A stretch of 64,000 nt of DNA from Octopus sinensis (lineage: Eukaryota). Positions 63,696 through 64,000 of this stretch are shown piece after piece (the stretch's first letter is position 1; each line of letters starts with the position of its first letter). A model generated the notes under the pieces. That model did no database searches and was not told the origin of the DNA. It saw only the letters and a program-made list of their open reading frames with translations. Made by a program: the position numbers and the translations under genes. The stretch covers positions 155,310,001-155,374,000 of the forward strand of contig NC_042999.1 of assembly GCF_006345805.1 (NCBI RefSeq), read 5' to 3'.

Positions 63696-64000
63696 TATCT
63701 ACACAGCATCCTCAATGTCTTGTTGATCATCATCGTATTCTTCTGATATAACTCTTCATATTACTTACTATTAAATCAACATATTTTACACAAGACACTC
63801 GTACATATATCTTAATTTTCCGTTCGTCCAATACAGTGGTTCCTTACTTGAGTCCATCGAGAAACCTTTCAACCATTTTCTAAAAATCGCGAAACCCATC
63901 CCTCTCCCCTCACCTGAATTCTAATAGGACAGTAAAAGAAGTATATAGTGTTTAGAGAAAACTTGTTTTTTTTTTTTTGTCTTGAATTCTTTTACTTGAT

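Overview
AT-rich, microsatellite- and SINE-dense animal genomic DNA; the repeat style suggests an octopus/coleoid cephalopod (inference, not verified). The window holds the last 20 coding exons (1235-37882, + strand, about 970 aa) of one secreted cysteine-rich mosaic gene that starts upstream of the window. I spliced it by hand with consistent phases and no internal stops. Domain order: cbEGF-cbEGF-VWD-C8-TIL-TILa/EGF-EGF-cbEGF-cbEGF-Kazal-FOLN/Kazal-TSP1-FOLN/Kazal-C-terminal cystine knot (zonadhesin/mucin-like). One intron appears to use a GC donor. About 0.9 kb downstream lies a nearly complete RTE-clade LINE (endonuclease, reverse transcriptase, three C2H2 fingers) with two in-frame TAG stops. 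The rest is transposon-derived: a deleted mariner, Helitron-like and MITE-like elements, CR1-, R4/Dong- and Penelope-like fragments, three tRNA-derived SINE families and SINE-derived minisatellites. The most interesting unannotated signal is a set of hammerhead-ribozyme-like motifs with palindromic helix III, from several distinct repeat families. Several of them sit inside long intronic inverted repeats, consistent with non-autonomous Penelope-type (retrozyme-like) elements. All RNA folds were judged by eye and none was tested for activity. No rRNA, CRISPR or intact tRNA gene was found.
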